A DNA stretch of 40,889 bases, from assembly GCA_043816185.1 (NCBI GenBank), contig JBDRIG010000050.1:1-40889 (forward strand), in the 5' to 3' direction. Below the pieces are notes generated by a model that searched no databases, was not told the DNA's origin, and was given only the letters and a program-made list of their open reading frames with translations. Of the stretch, positions 27,985 to 37,845 are shown piece by piece (positions within the stretch are counted from its first letter, which is position 1; every line of letters starts with the position of its first letter). Source of the DNA: Elusimicrobiota bacterium. GTDB lineage: Bacteria > Elusimicrobiota > UBA8919. The position numbers and the translations under genes are program-made.

Positions 27985-29256
27985 CTATTGTGAGAATTCC
28001 ATTGATTTCAAAAAATCCTTGTTTGATTTTGTAGCAGATAATTTTTCCATCAAAAACTCCATTACCTCAACAGAAGAAAGCGAAGACAAAACCTTTCTTA
28101 AAATCCAGACTTTGTTTAATTCCTCGGTATTTAGCAAAAGTTCCTCTTTTCGAGTTCCCGATTTATTTACATCAATTGCTGGAAAAATTCTTCTGTCTGC
28201 AAGTTTTCTATCCAAATGAATTTCCATATTTCCTGTTCCCTTAAATTCCTCGAAAATAACATCATCCATTTTACTTCCTGTATCAACAAGTGCAGTTGCA
28301 ATAATTGTAAGCGAACCACCTTCCTCAATGTTTCTTGCTGCTCCAAAAAATCTTTTTGGTCTCTGAAGTGCGTTTGAATCAAGCCCGCCTGAAAGTACCC
28401 TTCCAGAAGATGGTTGGATTGTATTATAAGCTCGTGCCAAACGAGTAATAGAATCAAGTAGAATTACAACATTTTTTTTATGCTCAACAAGTCGTTTCGC
28501 CTTTTCGATAACCATTTCTGCAACTTGAATATGTCTGTCCTGTGGTTCATCAAATGTTGATGCGATTACTTCTGCCTTAACAGAACGCTGCATATCGGTA
28601 ACTTCTTCTGGTCTTTCGTCGATGAGAAGAACAATTAAATGAATCTCGGGATGATTGGTTGTTATTGAGTTTGCAATTTTTTGAAGAATCATTGTTTTTC
28701 CTGCTCGTGGAGGAGAAACAATGAGCCCTCTTTGACCCTTCCCAATGGGTGAAAGTAGGTTCATTATTCTAGTTGTAAATTCATCCTTCCTTGTCTCAAG
28801 ATTTATTTTTTCCTGAGGATAAAGTGGAGTCAAGTTGTCAAACAAAACACGTTCTCTGATTTTTTCCGGATCCTCTTCGTTTACCGCTTGAACTTTTAGT
28901 AATGCTAAAAATCTTTCATTCTCTTTTGGTGGCCTTACTTCACCAGAAACAGTGTCACCTTTTCTTAATGCAAACTTTTTTATCTGCGATGGCGAAATAT
29001 AAATATCCTCTGGGCCTGGCAAATAATTTGAGTTGGGCGATCGCAAAAATCCGAACCCATCTGGTAAAATTTCAAGAACACCCTCATTAAACATAAGTCC
29101 ATTTTGAGTAATTTGTCCTTGTAAAATCTTAAATACCAATTCTTGCTTTTTTAGCCCTGCAATGTCTTCAATCTTTAACTGTTTCGCCAATTCTGTCAAT
29201 TCTACCGCACTTTTTTTTGACAAGGCAGAAATATCTGTTTTGTTTGTCTGTTCCAT
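27985..29256 (-). CDS. rho: Transcription termination factor Rho
   Basis: [37 protein letters not shown]. Confidence 0.98.
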   Translation of the reverse strand: MEQTNKTDISALSKKSAVELTELAKQLKIEDIAGLKKQELVFKILQGQITQNGLMFNEGVLEILPDGFGFLRSPNSNYLPGPEDIYISPSQIKKFALRKGDTVSGEVRPPKENERFLALLKVQAVNEEDPEKIRERVLFDNLTPLYPQEKINLETRKDEFTTRIMNLLSPIGKGQRGLIVSPPRAGKTMILQKIANSITTNHPEIHLIVLLIDERPEEVTDMQRSVKAEVIASTFDEPQDRHIQVAEMVIEKAKRLVEHKKNVVILLDSITRLARAYNTIQPSSGRVLSGGLDSNALQRPKRFFGAARNIEEGGSLTIIATALVDTGSKMDDVIFEEFKGTGNMEIHLDRKLADRRIFPAIDVNKSGTRKEELLLNTEELNKVWILRKVLSSLSSVEVMEFLMEKLSATKSNKDFLKSMEFSQ

Positions 29257-29290
29257 TTTCCCTCCGGAAAAATCACGAATATCTAATATT

Positions 29291-29340
29291 CGAAATGCAA
29301 CTGAAACACCGTTGAAACATAGCTGAAACGCGGTGAAAAC
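29291..29340. repeat. 11-bp-period (Y)GAAA direct repeats upstream of rho
   Basis: Units at 29291, 29302, 29313, 29324, 29334. Confidence 0.5.
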
Positions 29341-29490
29341 ACAAAAAAAATACGGTTAAAATACAATTATATTTTTATTATATTTTACATTTCAAAACAT
29401 TGTATTTGTGATTTACTGATTTTCGTTAATGATAGGATTTTTTGGTTTGTAACGAGATGAGTTGCTTCAACTTTCGTCATTCTATGAAAT

Positions 29491-30099
29491 TTAAATTATT
29501 TTGTCAAGCACTTTTTTAATTTGTTTTTTTATACACCAAAAAGTTGTAGAATTATCTATAACAAAATCAGCAAATTTTATTTTTTTTGAAAGCGGCATTT
29601 GAGAAGACATTCTCTTTTCTGCCTCTGTCTTTGTAATTTTACTTCGTTTCATTAACCGATTTATTTGCTCATTTTTTCTACAATAAACAACTATAATTTT
29701 ATCAAATAAATGTTCAAGATGTGCTTCAAATAAAAGAGGAATATCAATAATGACAAATGGGAATTGGGAATTGGGAATTGTCCGAAGAACTTCTCGTGAA
29801 GAAAGTTGTTTTCTAAGATCTTTAATTATTTCAGGATGCAAGATTTTTTCAAGTTGTCGACGCTTTTTAGTATCCGAAAAAATTATTTCCGCTATTTTTT
29901 TTCTATTTAATATCCCAAAAAGTTTTTCAATTTTTTTTGAAACACTTGCTTCATAAAAAACTTTTTTTGCAATTTCATCACAGGAAATTGTTCTTATTCC
30001 AAATTTTTTGAACTGATTCAATATGGTCGTTTTTCCCGACGCAATCCCACCTGTCAGTCCAATAATTTTTAATTTTGAATTCTTAGTTCTAAATTTCAT
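29491..30099 (-). CDS. coaE: Dephospho-CoA kinase
   Basis: IGLTGGIASGKT, ILHP, DIPLLFE, ADFVIDN. Confidence 0.95.
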   Translation of the reverse strand: MKFRTKNSKLKIIGLTGGIASGKTTILNQFKKFGIRTISCDEIAKKVFYEASVSKKIEKLFGILNRKKIAEIIFSDTKKRRQLEKILHPEIIKDLRKQLSSREVLRTIPNSQFPFVIIDIPLLFEAHLEHLFDKIIVVYCRKNEQINRLMKRSKITKTEAEKRMSSQMPLSKKIKFADFVIDNSTTFWCIKKQIKKVLDKII

Positions 30100-32770
30100 T
30101 GAAATCAGCCCAGTTTTTTCCGATTTTTACATCCACAACAACAGGTATATCAAGTTTAATTGCATTTTCCATTTCTGATTTTATCATCGGAATATATTTA
30201 TCGGTTTCGTCTTTCCTAATTTCAAACAAAAGATCATCGTGAATCTGTAACAACATCGCACATTTTTCATTTTTAATTTTTAATTTTAGCGAAGCGTCAT
30301 TTATGTTTATCATTGCAACTTTTATTATATCTGCGGAAGTTCCTTGAATAGGTGTATTTATTGCCGTTCTCTCGGCAAATGCACGCATTTGCATATTTTT
30401 ATTTCTTATTTCAGGTAAATATCTTATTCTTCCTAAAAGCGTTTTTACATAGCCAGTTTCTCTTGCATTAGTGATGGTTTCATCAATCCACAATTTTACG
30501 CCACTATATTTTTCAAAATAGGTGTCAATATATTTTTGAGCCTCATCTGGTGTGATGCCAAGTTGTTGTGAAAGCCCCCATGCTTGCTGCCCATAGACAA
30601 TTCCAAAATTTATTCCTTTTGCTTTTTTTCTCATATCCGTCGTAATTTCTTCTTTTTTTAAATCAAAAATTTCCGATGCTGTTGAAATATGAACATCTTC
30701 ATTATTTTCAAACGCAGTACATAAATTTTTATCTCTGGTGATGTGTGCCAAAACCCGTAGGTCGATTTGTGAATAATCAAAAGATACAAAAATAAAATTA
30801 TCTTCTGGAACAAAACCTCGTCGAATTTTTCTGCCAAGATCTGTTTTTATTGGAATGTTTTGCAGATTAGGTTCCGACGATGAAAGCCGTCCTGTTGATG
30901 TAACTGTTTGATTAAACTGTGTGTGGAGACGATTTGTTTTTGTGTCTATTTTAGAAATAAGAGCATCAACAAATGTTGATTTAAGCTTTGATATTTCCCT
31001 ATATTCTAAAATAATTTTTGGCAATTCAGATGTTTGTGCAAGTATGTTTAACACCTTTTCCCCTGTAGAAAAACCTGTTTTAATTTTTTTGACTGGCGTA
31101 AGTCCTAATTTACCAAAAAGTATATTTGCAAGTTGTTTTGGCGAGTTGATATTAAATTGTTCGCCTGCTATTGAAAAAATAATTTTTTCTAATCTTTTGA
31201 GTTCTTCACTAAATTCATCAGACAATTTTCTAAAATATGCTACATCTATTTTTATGCCCATGTTTTCCATTTTATATAAAATTTTAGATAACGGTATTTC
31301 AACATCATAAAAAAGTGAAAACAATTTTTCTTTTCTAAGTTTTTCTTCTAAAATTTCATAACATTTGAAGATAACATCGACAACTTTGCAAAATTTGTTC
31401 TTTGCTTGTTCAGATTCCATACTCTCAAAATTATTATCGGAAATACTTTCTATTTTTATTCCAAGATATTCAATTGCTATATCTTCTAATAAATAGTTTT
31501 TACTCGAAGGATTAACCAGATACGAGGCAATTTTAATATCGAATACTTTGGATATACAAATATCGTATTTTTCAAAAATAGAAAATTGTGACTTTATATC
31601 GTATGTAATTTTGATTATTTTTTCATTTTCAAAAACTGGTTTCAAAAATTTAAAAACTACATCCGACGATAGTTGCCCAAAAGATGTTAATGTCAGATGT
31701 TCAATTGGTATATAAAAATGTTTATTTTTTTCCGCAGTTAGAGCCAATCCAAGTGGTCTATTGTTAATATCGGTCACGATAAGAAATGAAAGTTCTTTTT
31801 TACTAATAAAATAATTCACCAAGGATGCAAGTTCAGAATTACTCAGTATTATTTTATAATCGTTTTCTACATTACAAGTATCGTCTTTTTTTATGAGTAG
31901 TTTTATCAACGAATAAAACTCCAGTCGTCTTAAAATAGATATGAATTTTTCATTATCTACATTTTGAGGTTTTAGCTTTTCAAAATCCACTTCGATAAGA
32001 ATATCTTTTACAAGCGTTACAAGTTTTTTTGAAAGGAGTGCAGTTGTCAGATTCTCTGCAATCAATTTACCCGTTTTTCCACCAATGTTGTCTTGATTTT
32101 TTATAATATTTTCTAATGTCCCAAATTCACGAATAAGTTTTACTGTTGTTTTAGCACCTATACCAAAAATACCAGGAACATTATCGGACGAATCACCAGA
32201 TATCGCCAAATAATCGACGATATTTTCCGGTGGTACTTCAAAATCTTTTAAAACCCCTTCTTCGTCATAGATAATATTTTTTTGTTCATTAAGAACTTTT
32301 ACACAACCCTTTTTCAAAAGGTTTTCAGAAAGAATTGGGTTTACATTTTTACTTACAAGTTGCAGGGCATCTTTATCACCAGTTACAACAACCACATCTA
32401 TTCCATTATTTATTGCTTTTTCAGAAAGGGTTGCAATTAAATCGTCCGCCTCAAATCCCTCTTTTTCATAAATCGTAATATTTAGTGCAATTATCACTTC
32501 TTTTATCAACGGAAATTGATTTTTTAATTCGTCTGCGGTTTTTTTACGATGTGCTTTATACTCGGCAAACTCTTTGTGTCTGAAGGTTGGTGCAGGATAA
32601 TCCAAACACACAGCAATGTAGTCGGGTTTGTAAATGCGTAAAATTTTAAGAAGCATTTTTATAAAACCAAAAACTGCATTAACCTGCTCCCCTTTTGAAG
32701 TTGTCAGATTTTGTATAGCATGATACGCTCTGTGTATATAGGCGTTACCGTCAATAATATAAAATGTCAT
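30089..32770 (-). CDS. polA: DNA polymerase I
   Basis: IDGNAYIHRAYHA, EADD, TGRLSSSEPNLQNIP, DYSQIDLR, AKGINFGIVYG, QIHDDL. Confidence 0.97.
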   Translation of the reverse strand: MTFYIIDGNAYIHRAYHAIQNLTTSKGEQVNAVFGFIKMLLKILRIYKPDYIAVCLDYPAPTFRHKEFAEYKAHRKKTADELKNQFPLIKEVIIALNITIYEKEGFEADDLIATLSEKAINNGIDVVVVTGDKDALQLVSKNVNPILSENLLKKGCVKVLNEQKNIIYDEEGVLKDFEVPPENIVDYLAISGDSSDNVPGIFGIGAKTTVKLIREFGTLENIIKNQDNIGGKTGKLIAENLTTALLSKKLVTLVKDILIEVDFEKLKPQNVDNEKFISILRRLEFYSLIKLLIKKDDTCNVENDYKIILSNSELASLVNYFISKKELSFLIVTDINNRPLGLALTAEKNKHFYIPIEHLTLTSFGQLSSDVVFKFLKPVFENEKIIKITYDIKSQFSIFEKYDICISKVFDIKIASYLVNPSSKNYLLEDIAIEYLGIKIESISDNNFESMESEQAKNKFCKVVDVIFKCYEILEEKLRKEKLFSLFYDVEIPLSKILYKMENMGIKIDVAYFRKLSDEFSEELKRLEKIIFSIAGEQFNINSPKQLANILFGKLGLTPVKKIKTGFSTGEKVLNILAQTSELPKIILEYREISKLKSTFVDALISKIDTKTNRLHTQFNQTVTSTGRLSSSEPNLQNIPIKTDLGRKIRRGFVPEDNFIFVSFDYSQIDLRVLAHITRDKNLCTAFENNEDVHISTASEIFDLKKEEITTDMRKKAKGINFGIVYGQQAWGLSQQLGITPDEAQKYIDTYFEKYSGVKLWIDETITNARETGYVKTLLGRIRYLPEIRNKNMQMRAFAERTAINTPIQGTSADIIKVAMININDASLKLKIKNEKCAMLLQIHDDLLFEIRKDETDKYIPMIKSEMENAIKLDIPVVVDVKIGKNWADFNEI

Positions 32771-32850
32771 ATAGGTAGTGTGGTAGTAATTTTTTGTGCT
32801 CCATTGGTATGAAGAGATTAGAGGTTGTTAGATAAACGACTTCCTTTGAA

Positions 32851-32883
32851 TTGACACTCTCCGCGACTAAAGTCGGGGGCTTT
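32851..32883. mobile_element. Isolated IS200/IS605-type end hairpin
   Basis: TTGAC followed by CTCCGCGACT-AA-AGTCGGGGG-CTT, resembling subterminal hairpins of this family; no tnpA/tnpB nearby. Confidence 0.55.
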
Positions 32884-32922
32884 CTTACCCAGAGGTCTGT
32901 AAACTATACTATAATCTTTTTT

Positions 32923-33987
32923 CTACAAAGGTAGGGGATTAAATAAAACGGCTACGGATATTTTATGAGTTCCATATGTATCGCTTATTCCAACCAAAGG
33001 ATAAACAAATGCATAGTCAATCTTATAATTATTTCGACTATGGCCAACCCCTAAAGACAATTGTCTTAAACTATTGCTTCCAAAAACCATAGCCCCGCGA
33101 AATACAAAAACTTTTTTCGACCGACCGAGTAAACTCATCATGAATGAAGCAGGTGTGGTGTGTGCAAGCCCTTTGATGAAAAAATATTTTTCAAATCCCG
33201 ATATTATACTGGTATCGTTACTGATATCATTAGATTTTGAAAGTACCTCGACCAACATATTTGATGCCTTCGAAGTGTGGGCAAATCCTAATCTAAATAC
33301 CTTTGGCACCATATCTGCTTCATATAATCCGATATTTGGCGAACCAATATTTTGTATGACGAATGCAAGATTGTAGTTTGATCTGTAGCGGTAAAAAATA
33401 CCGAAATCGGACGAGAGTTTTGATTTGCTTTTTCCATTAATAAAAACAGGATCTGCTATACCAAGTGAATTTCCATAATTGTCAATTGCATTTTCCATAT
33501 AATCATCGGAACCATATTTATGCAAGAGTGACTTCATCGTTAAACCAACTCCAAGTTTAGGTGTAGCCTTAATACCATAAGAAAAAGAAATTACTTTTTC
33601 TGAATATAACCCTGATACAGATAAAGAATAAATTCCCAAACCTGCCACCCCATATTTTCCAAAAGAATTAACATATGAAATTATGGAATTACTTATATTT
33701 GAGTTGTCACTAAGACCAGGATGGAGTTGTCCGTAGGAAGCGAGAATCTCGTTTTTTTTAATCCTTGAAAGTCCTGCGGGATTATAAAAGACGGTGTTTG
33801 CATCGTCGGCAATTGCAACAAAGGCTCCACCCAATGCCGCAGGCCTTGCGCCTGGTAAAAATTCGTCAAAAGCAGCAAAAAGATGATGAACAACAAATAA
33901 CAAATGACAAACAAAGATTAAACAAAATACTATTTTTTTGGCTCTCAATTTGTCGTCTGTAATTCGTAATTCGTAATTATTTTTCAT
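32923..33987 (-). CDS. PorV/PorP-like (UPF0164-like) outer-membrane beta-barrel protein
   Basis: Signal peptide, GARPAALGGAFVAIADDANTVFYNPAGL, C-terminal IDYAF..THKIS. Confidence 0.8.
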   Translation of the reverse strand: MKNNYELRITDDKLRAKKIVFCLIFVCHLLFVVHHLFAAFDEFLPGARPAALGGAFVAIADDANTVFYNPAGLSRIKKNEILASYGQLHPGLSDNSNISNSIISYVNSFGKYGVAGLGIYSLSVSGLYSEKVISFSYGIKATPKLGVGLTMKSLLHKYGSDDYMENAIDNYGNSLGIADPVFINGKSKSKLSSDFGIFYRYRSNYNLAFVIQNIGSPNIGLYEADMVPKVFRLGFAHTSKASNMLVEVLSKSNDISNDTSIISGFEKYFFIKGLAHTTPASFMMSLLGRSKKVFVFRGAMVFGSNSLRQLSLGVGHSRNNYKIDYAFVYPLVGISDTYGTHKISVAVLFNPLPL

Positions 33988-34400
33988 TTCGCAACCACTA
34001 CTGTTCCGTGAAATACTTGACCTTCAACTTCTATCTGATAGATGTAAATTCCTGATGGAACAATACTGTCGTCTGCATTTTTACCTTCCCATGTAATTTT
34101 GTTTGAGTTACCATTAAGCATATCTGAGATATAGGAGCCACTAAGCGTTAAAATTCTTCCACTTACATTTGAATCGTTCGGATTTTTATATGAAATAATT
34201 AGCATATCGTTTTTGCCATCGTTGTTTGGAGTAATAACTTTAGGCCTAACATTTACTATCTTAAATTCGGCGGAAAAAAGACAGGTACAAACTAACAAAT
34301 TGTAAAAAATGGTAGATAAAATTAAAAAACATACAATAATAAATACATTTTTATAATGCCATTTTATCTGAAATTCCGTCCAAAATCCTGATTTTTTCAT
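33984..34400 (-). CDS. Small secreted protein made up of a gliding-motility/FlgD-Ig-like C-terminal domain
   Basis: PKVITPNNDGKND..WEGKN..VPSGIYIYQI..GTVVVAK. Confidence 0.8.
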   Translation of the reverse strand: MKKSGFWTEFQIKWHYKNVFIIVCFLILSTIFYNLLVCTCLFSAEFKIVNVRPKVITPNNDGKNDMLIISYKNPNDSNVSGRILTLSGSYISDMLNGNSNKITWEGKNADDSIVPSGIYIYQIEVEGQVFHGTVVVAK

Positions 34401-34402
34401 TT

Positions 34403-35944
34403 TTATTCCCCAACCGGTAATCTTATCGTAATTGTCGCTCCTTTCCCCTTACCGAACGACGAAGCTATTATTTCTCCACCATGTTTTTGAATGATTCCAT
34501 GTGAAATTGCGAGGCCCAATCCGGTACCTTTCCCAGGATCTTTCGTTGTGAAAAATGGAGTAAACATTTTTTTGAGATTCTCACTTGTTATTCCATCGCC
34601 CGTATCTTCGAAAGAAATCTGAACAAATGATGGTTTTTTCGCCGTGACCACAGTACCATCGGTAGATAATTTGTTATCTAAACCGTCCTGAAATAGCATC
34701 CCAGTTATCACGGTTGTTGTTATACTTAGTGCTCCACCAACTTTCATTGAATGTATTGCATTTGTAATGATATTCAAAAATACCTGCTGTAAGTGTGAAA
34801 TGGAAATATTTATTTTTGGAAAATCTCCAACGATACCCTGATAATAATTTCTTGTCACGATTATTTTTGCAACAACTATATCGGATGCAGATATCTCCAC
34901 CGATGAATCGATAACTTTTGTAATGTCAAGAAGTTCAAAATGATAATCTCTTTGCCTGGAAAAGTCCAATAGACCCTTAGTAATTTTTCTGCATCTTTCT
35001 GCGGCTTTTATAATTTTTTCAACTATTTCTCTTAAAGGATCAGTCATAGAAATTTTTTCAAGTATTATCTGGGACTGTCCCAAAACACCCGTTAAAGGAT
35101 TATTGAGTTCGTGGGCAATACCCACAGCAAGTTGTCCGAGTGAAGTCATTCTATCTAATTGCAATATTTGTGTTTCCGAACTTTTTAGATTTTTTGCCAT
35201 TTTATTAAACGATTCTGCAAGCATTGTTAATTCGTTGTGTCCTGTGATAATTATTTCATAATTAAAATTGCCAGCACCTATTTTTTCCGCACCTTCTTCA
35301 AGTTTTGATAACGGATTAGATATTGATCTAAATATAACTATACAAAGAACTATTGCAAGCATAACTGCAATAATTGAAAACCCGATGGAAATAAAAAAAT
35401 TTGTTTTTTCAAGCGTAATAGAACGTTTTTCCACCTTATTAAACTCTACATTTTTTGAAAGATATATTTCGCTAGTTTTATTTTTTAATTTATTTAGGTA
35501 AGGCAGAATGTCTTTATCAACCAATGTAATCGCTTTTTTCTTAGAATCACTATCGCAAATTGTAATGATATTTTTCCACCCTGATATAAGTCTATCACAT
35601 AAACCTACTACCTCACTACAATTATCATACTCGCTTTTATCAGCCTTAAAATCGGCAACTTGTTGAATATAACTATTTGCTTTTTGCTTCAATCCTTTTG
35701 AATATTCGTTGAACCTGTTCTTTTCCAAAGTATCGCCTAAAACAAGATAAAAATCAAAAGCATTAGCGGATTTTTCAAGAAAGTACTGCATTTCACGAAC
35801 CACAGCCATTATGGAATAATTTTTAACCGATTGTTGAAGGTAATATCTTTGTACATTGCTTTGAAAAAACAAGACACTCGCTATTACTACTATGATTCCT
35901 ATCATTAAACAAAACGATAAGACAAGACGATTTTTTATTGTCAT
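34403..35944 (-). CDS. Membrane sensor histidine kinase (two TMs, HAMP, HisKA, HATPase; NtrB-like)
   Basis: GIAHELNNPL, QVFLNIITNA, DTGDGI, PFFTTK, GTGLGL; no response regulator in window. Confidence 0.95.
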   Translation of the reverse strand: MTIKNRLVLSFCLMIGIIVVIASVLFFQSNVQRYYLQQSVKNYSIMAVVREMQYFLEKSANAFDFYLVLGDTLEKNRFNEYSKGLKQKANSYIQQVADFKADKSEYDNCSEVVGLCDRLISGWKNIITICDSDSKKKAITLVDKDILPYLNKLKNKTSEIYLSKNVEFNKVEKRSITLEKTNFFISIGFSIIAVMLAIVLCIVIFRSISNPLSKLEEGAEKIGAGNFNYEIIITGHNELTMLAESFNKMAKNLKSSETQILQLDRMTSLGQLAVGIAHELNNPLTGVLGQSQIILEKISMTDPLREIVEKIIKAAERCRKITKGLLDFSRQRDYHFELLDITKVIDSSVEISASDIVVAKIIVTRNYYQGIVGDFPKINISISHLQQVFLNIITNAIHSMKVGGALSITTTVITGMLFQDGLDNKLSTDGTVVTAKKPSFVQISFEDTGDGITSENLKKMFTPFFTTKDPGKGTGLGLAISHGIIQKHGGEIIASSFGKGKGATITIRLPVGE

Positions 35945-36033
35945 AATAACACCAGTTTTGTGTATGGTGCTCAGAGAAGATAATATCTTACCAACTCACG
36001 ATTTTTTATTGTCATAATAACACCATTTTTGTG
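35927..36033. repeat. 36-bp direct repeat duplicating the kinase start region
   Basis: 35927-35962 and 35998-36033 are 35/36 identical. Confidence 0.92.
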
Positions 36034-36103
36034 GACACGAATTTATTCGTGCGCTATTCTGCACGGTCACACAGACTATGCTTTTCCATGGATGACAACT
36101 AAT

Positions 36104-36159
36104 CGAGATCACCGCGACTTCGTTGTCCCGATAAATCGTGGCTTCGTCCCTGCAATGGC
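36104..36159. repeat. Degenerate REP-like element
   Basis: Shares CGAGAT, CTTCGTTGTCCCGA and GCAAT with the 22857 element. Confidence 0.5.
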
Positions 36160-36198
36160 TTTTCACGATTCACGCCTTCTGTCTTCTTCTACATTTCA

Positions 36199-37845
36199 CT
36201 ACTTCAACAGTTCTAACTCGCTTTCCAACTCCGAAACATCCACCCCTTTGACTTTATATTTCTCTACGATTCTACCTAAAAGCGACTTTATTTCTTCCTT
36301 TGTTGCTCCCCTTGCTTTCAATTGTTTGTAATATAAAACTGAATAATCATATTCATCTATTGCACCTTGCCGAATTTTCAACACCTCTTTTTTTTCTCTT
36401 AAAATATCGGAAATGTCAACGCCCTTATTATTGTAATTTTTTATAATTTTGTCAAGTAATAAAAGTCGCTCTCTGATTCCAATGCCAAAAAAAACCTGTT
36501 TCTGATACTGAAACATCGAATCCCTAAACGATTTTTCAAGTTCACTTTTTCTTTTTGCTTCTCTAATTTTTGCATCCTGTTCATTCGATATTTTCTGAAG
36601 TCGAAGTTTTCTTGCTTGCTCTTCGACCCTTTGCGCTTCTTTTTGTTTTTCAATTAGTTCAAGTCTTATTCTCTCTGTCTCTTGTTGAAGTTTTTCTGCC
36701 TCAGAAGGAACTTTTTCTTTTTCAACTTCCAGCTCATACTCTATTTGTTTTTTCGGCAATACCTCTTTTTTCTTCACTGGCTTCAGCAACACATTTTTTT
36801 TCTTCGGTGGCTCCGGCAACACCTCTTTTTTCTTTGTAATTTTTCGTTTTTCAAATTTTATATTAAGCGCAATTTTATGAACTCCAATCGTATCTTTTAT
36901 TCCTGATAACGACCACAAAAACGCGTAATCAAACGAAAGATTATCAAATTTATATGAAAAACCACAAGATATTGTTCGCAAGCGACGACTTCCCAATAAC
37001 AACCCACTTCTTACGGTAATATTTTTTTGAGGGAACCATTTTTCTGCGCCCGTTAGAATGTTTATATCGGTATCTTTGTTCATCATCTCAAAAGAAAGCA
37101 GATAATCATTAGTTTTGTAACAGACCCCACTACGGTAAACAGCTGAAATTTTGTCTTTACTTGTTAGTCCAATATTCGGTTGTGTAATATTTTTTACTGA
37201 AACACCAAGTGATATATTTTTTGAATACGAGTAAAGCAAACCCATATCTGCGGTAATTACCGACGATTTTTTAGTTTTATCAAATACCGGATCTCCAGCA
37301 ATACCTTCTTTTTCCAATCTTGTTTCATCACCTGTTTGATTTACAGCGTATTCTATATATGGGTCGGAACCAAATTTTTTCGAAAGATTTTTCACAGTTA
37401 TACCTGCTGATAAATATTCATCAAATTGATAAGCGTGAGAAAGTCCAATTGTTGTTTCGCTATATAAATTAGAAAGCGACAAATTGTATAACGAAATTCC
37501 TGATGTACCATATTTTAAAGTCGGACGAGCATACCCAATAAAAGATGAGCCGACGGCGGAATTATCGTCGAGCCCAATAAACAACCGCCCATAACTTGAT
37601 GTAATTTCGGATTTTTTCAAATTGGATATTCCAGCGGGATTATAAAATAAAGCATTGACATCGTCGGCAATTGCTGTAAAAGCACCACCTAAACCCTGAG
37701 GCCTTGCTCCGATATTAAGTTCGTCAAAAGCAGCAAAAAGATGACAGGCGATGAATGACAAATAACAAATTAAGCCCAAACAAAATACCATTTTTTTGGT
37801 TTTTAATTTGTTATTCATAATTCGTAATTCGTAATTATTTTTCAT
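36199..37845 (-). CDS. PorV/PorP-like beta-barrel protein with Lys/Pro-rich linker and C-terminal helical/coiled-coil domain
   Basis: Paralogue of 32923-33987 (GARPQGLGGAFTAIADDVNALFYNPAG), then three KKKxVL 10-aa repeats and an E/K/R-rich tail. Confidence 0.8.
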   Translation of the reverse strand: MKNNYELRIMNNKLKTKKMVFCLGLICYLSFIACHLFAAFDELNIGARPQGLGGAFTAIADDVNALFYNPAGISNLKKSEITSSYGRLFIGLDDNSAVGSSFIGYARPTLKYGTSGISLYNLSLSNLYSETTIGLSHAYQFDEYLSAGITVKNLSKKFGSDPYIEYAVNQTGDETRLEKEGIAGDPVFDKTKKSSVITADMGLLYSYSKNISLGVSVKNITQPNIGLTSKDKISAVYRSGVCYKTNDYLLSFEMMNKDTDINILTGAEKWFPQKNITVRSGLLLGSRRLRTISCGFSYKFDNLSFDYAFLWSLSGIKDTIGVHKIALNIKFEKRKITKKKEVLPEPPKKKNVLLKPVKKKEVLPKKQIEYELEVEKEKVPSEAEKLQQETERIRLELIEKQKEAQRVEEQARKLRLQKISNEQDAKIREAKRKSELEKSFRDSMFQYQKQVFFGIGIRERLLLLDKIIKNYNNKGVDISDILREKKEVLKIRQGAIDEYDYSVLYYKQLKARGATKEEIKSLLGRIVEKYKVKGVDVSELESELELLK

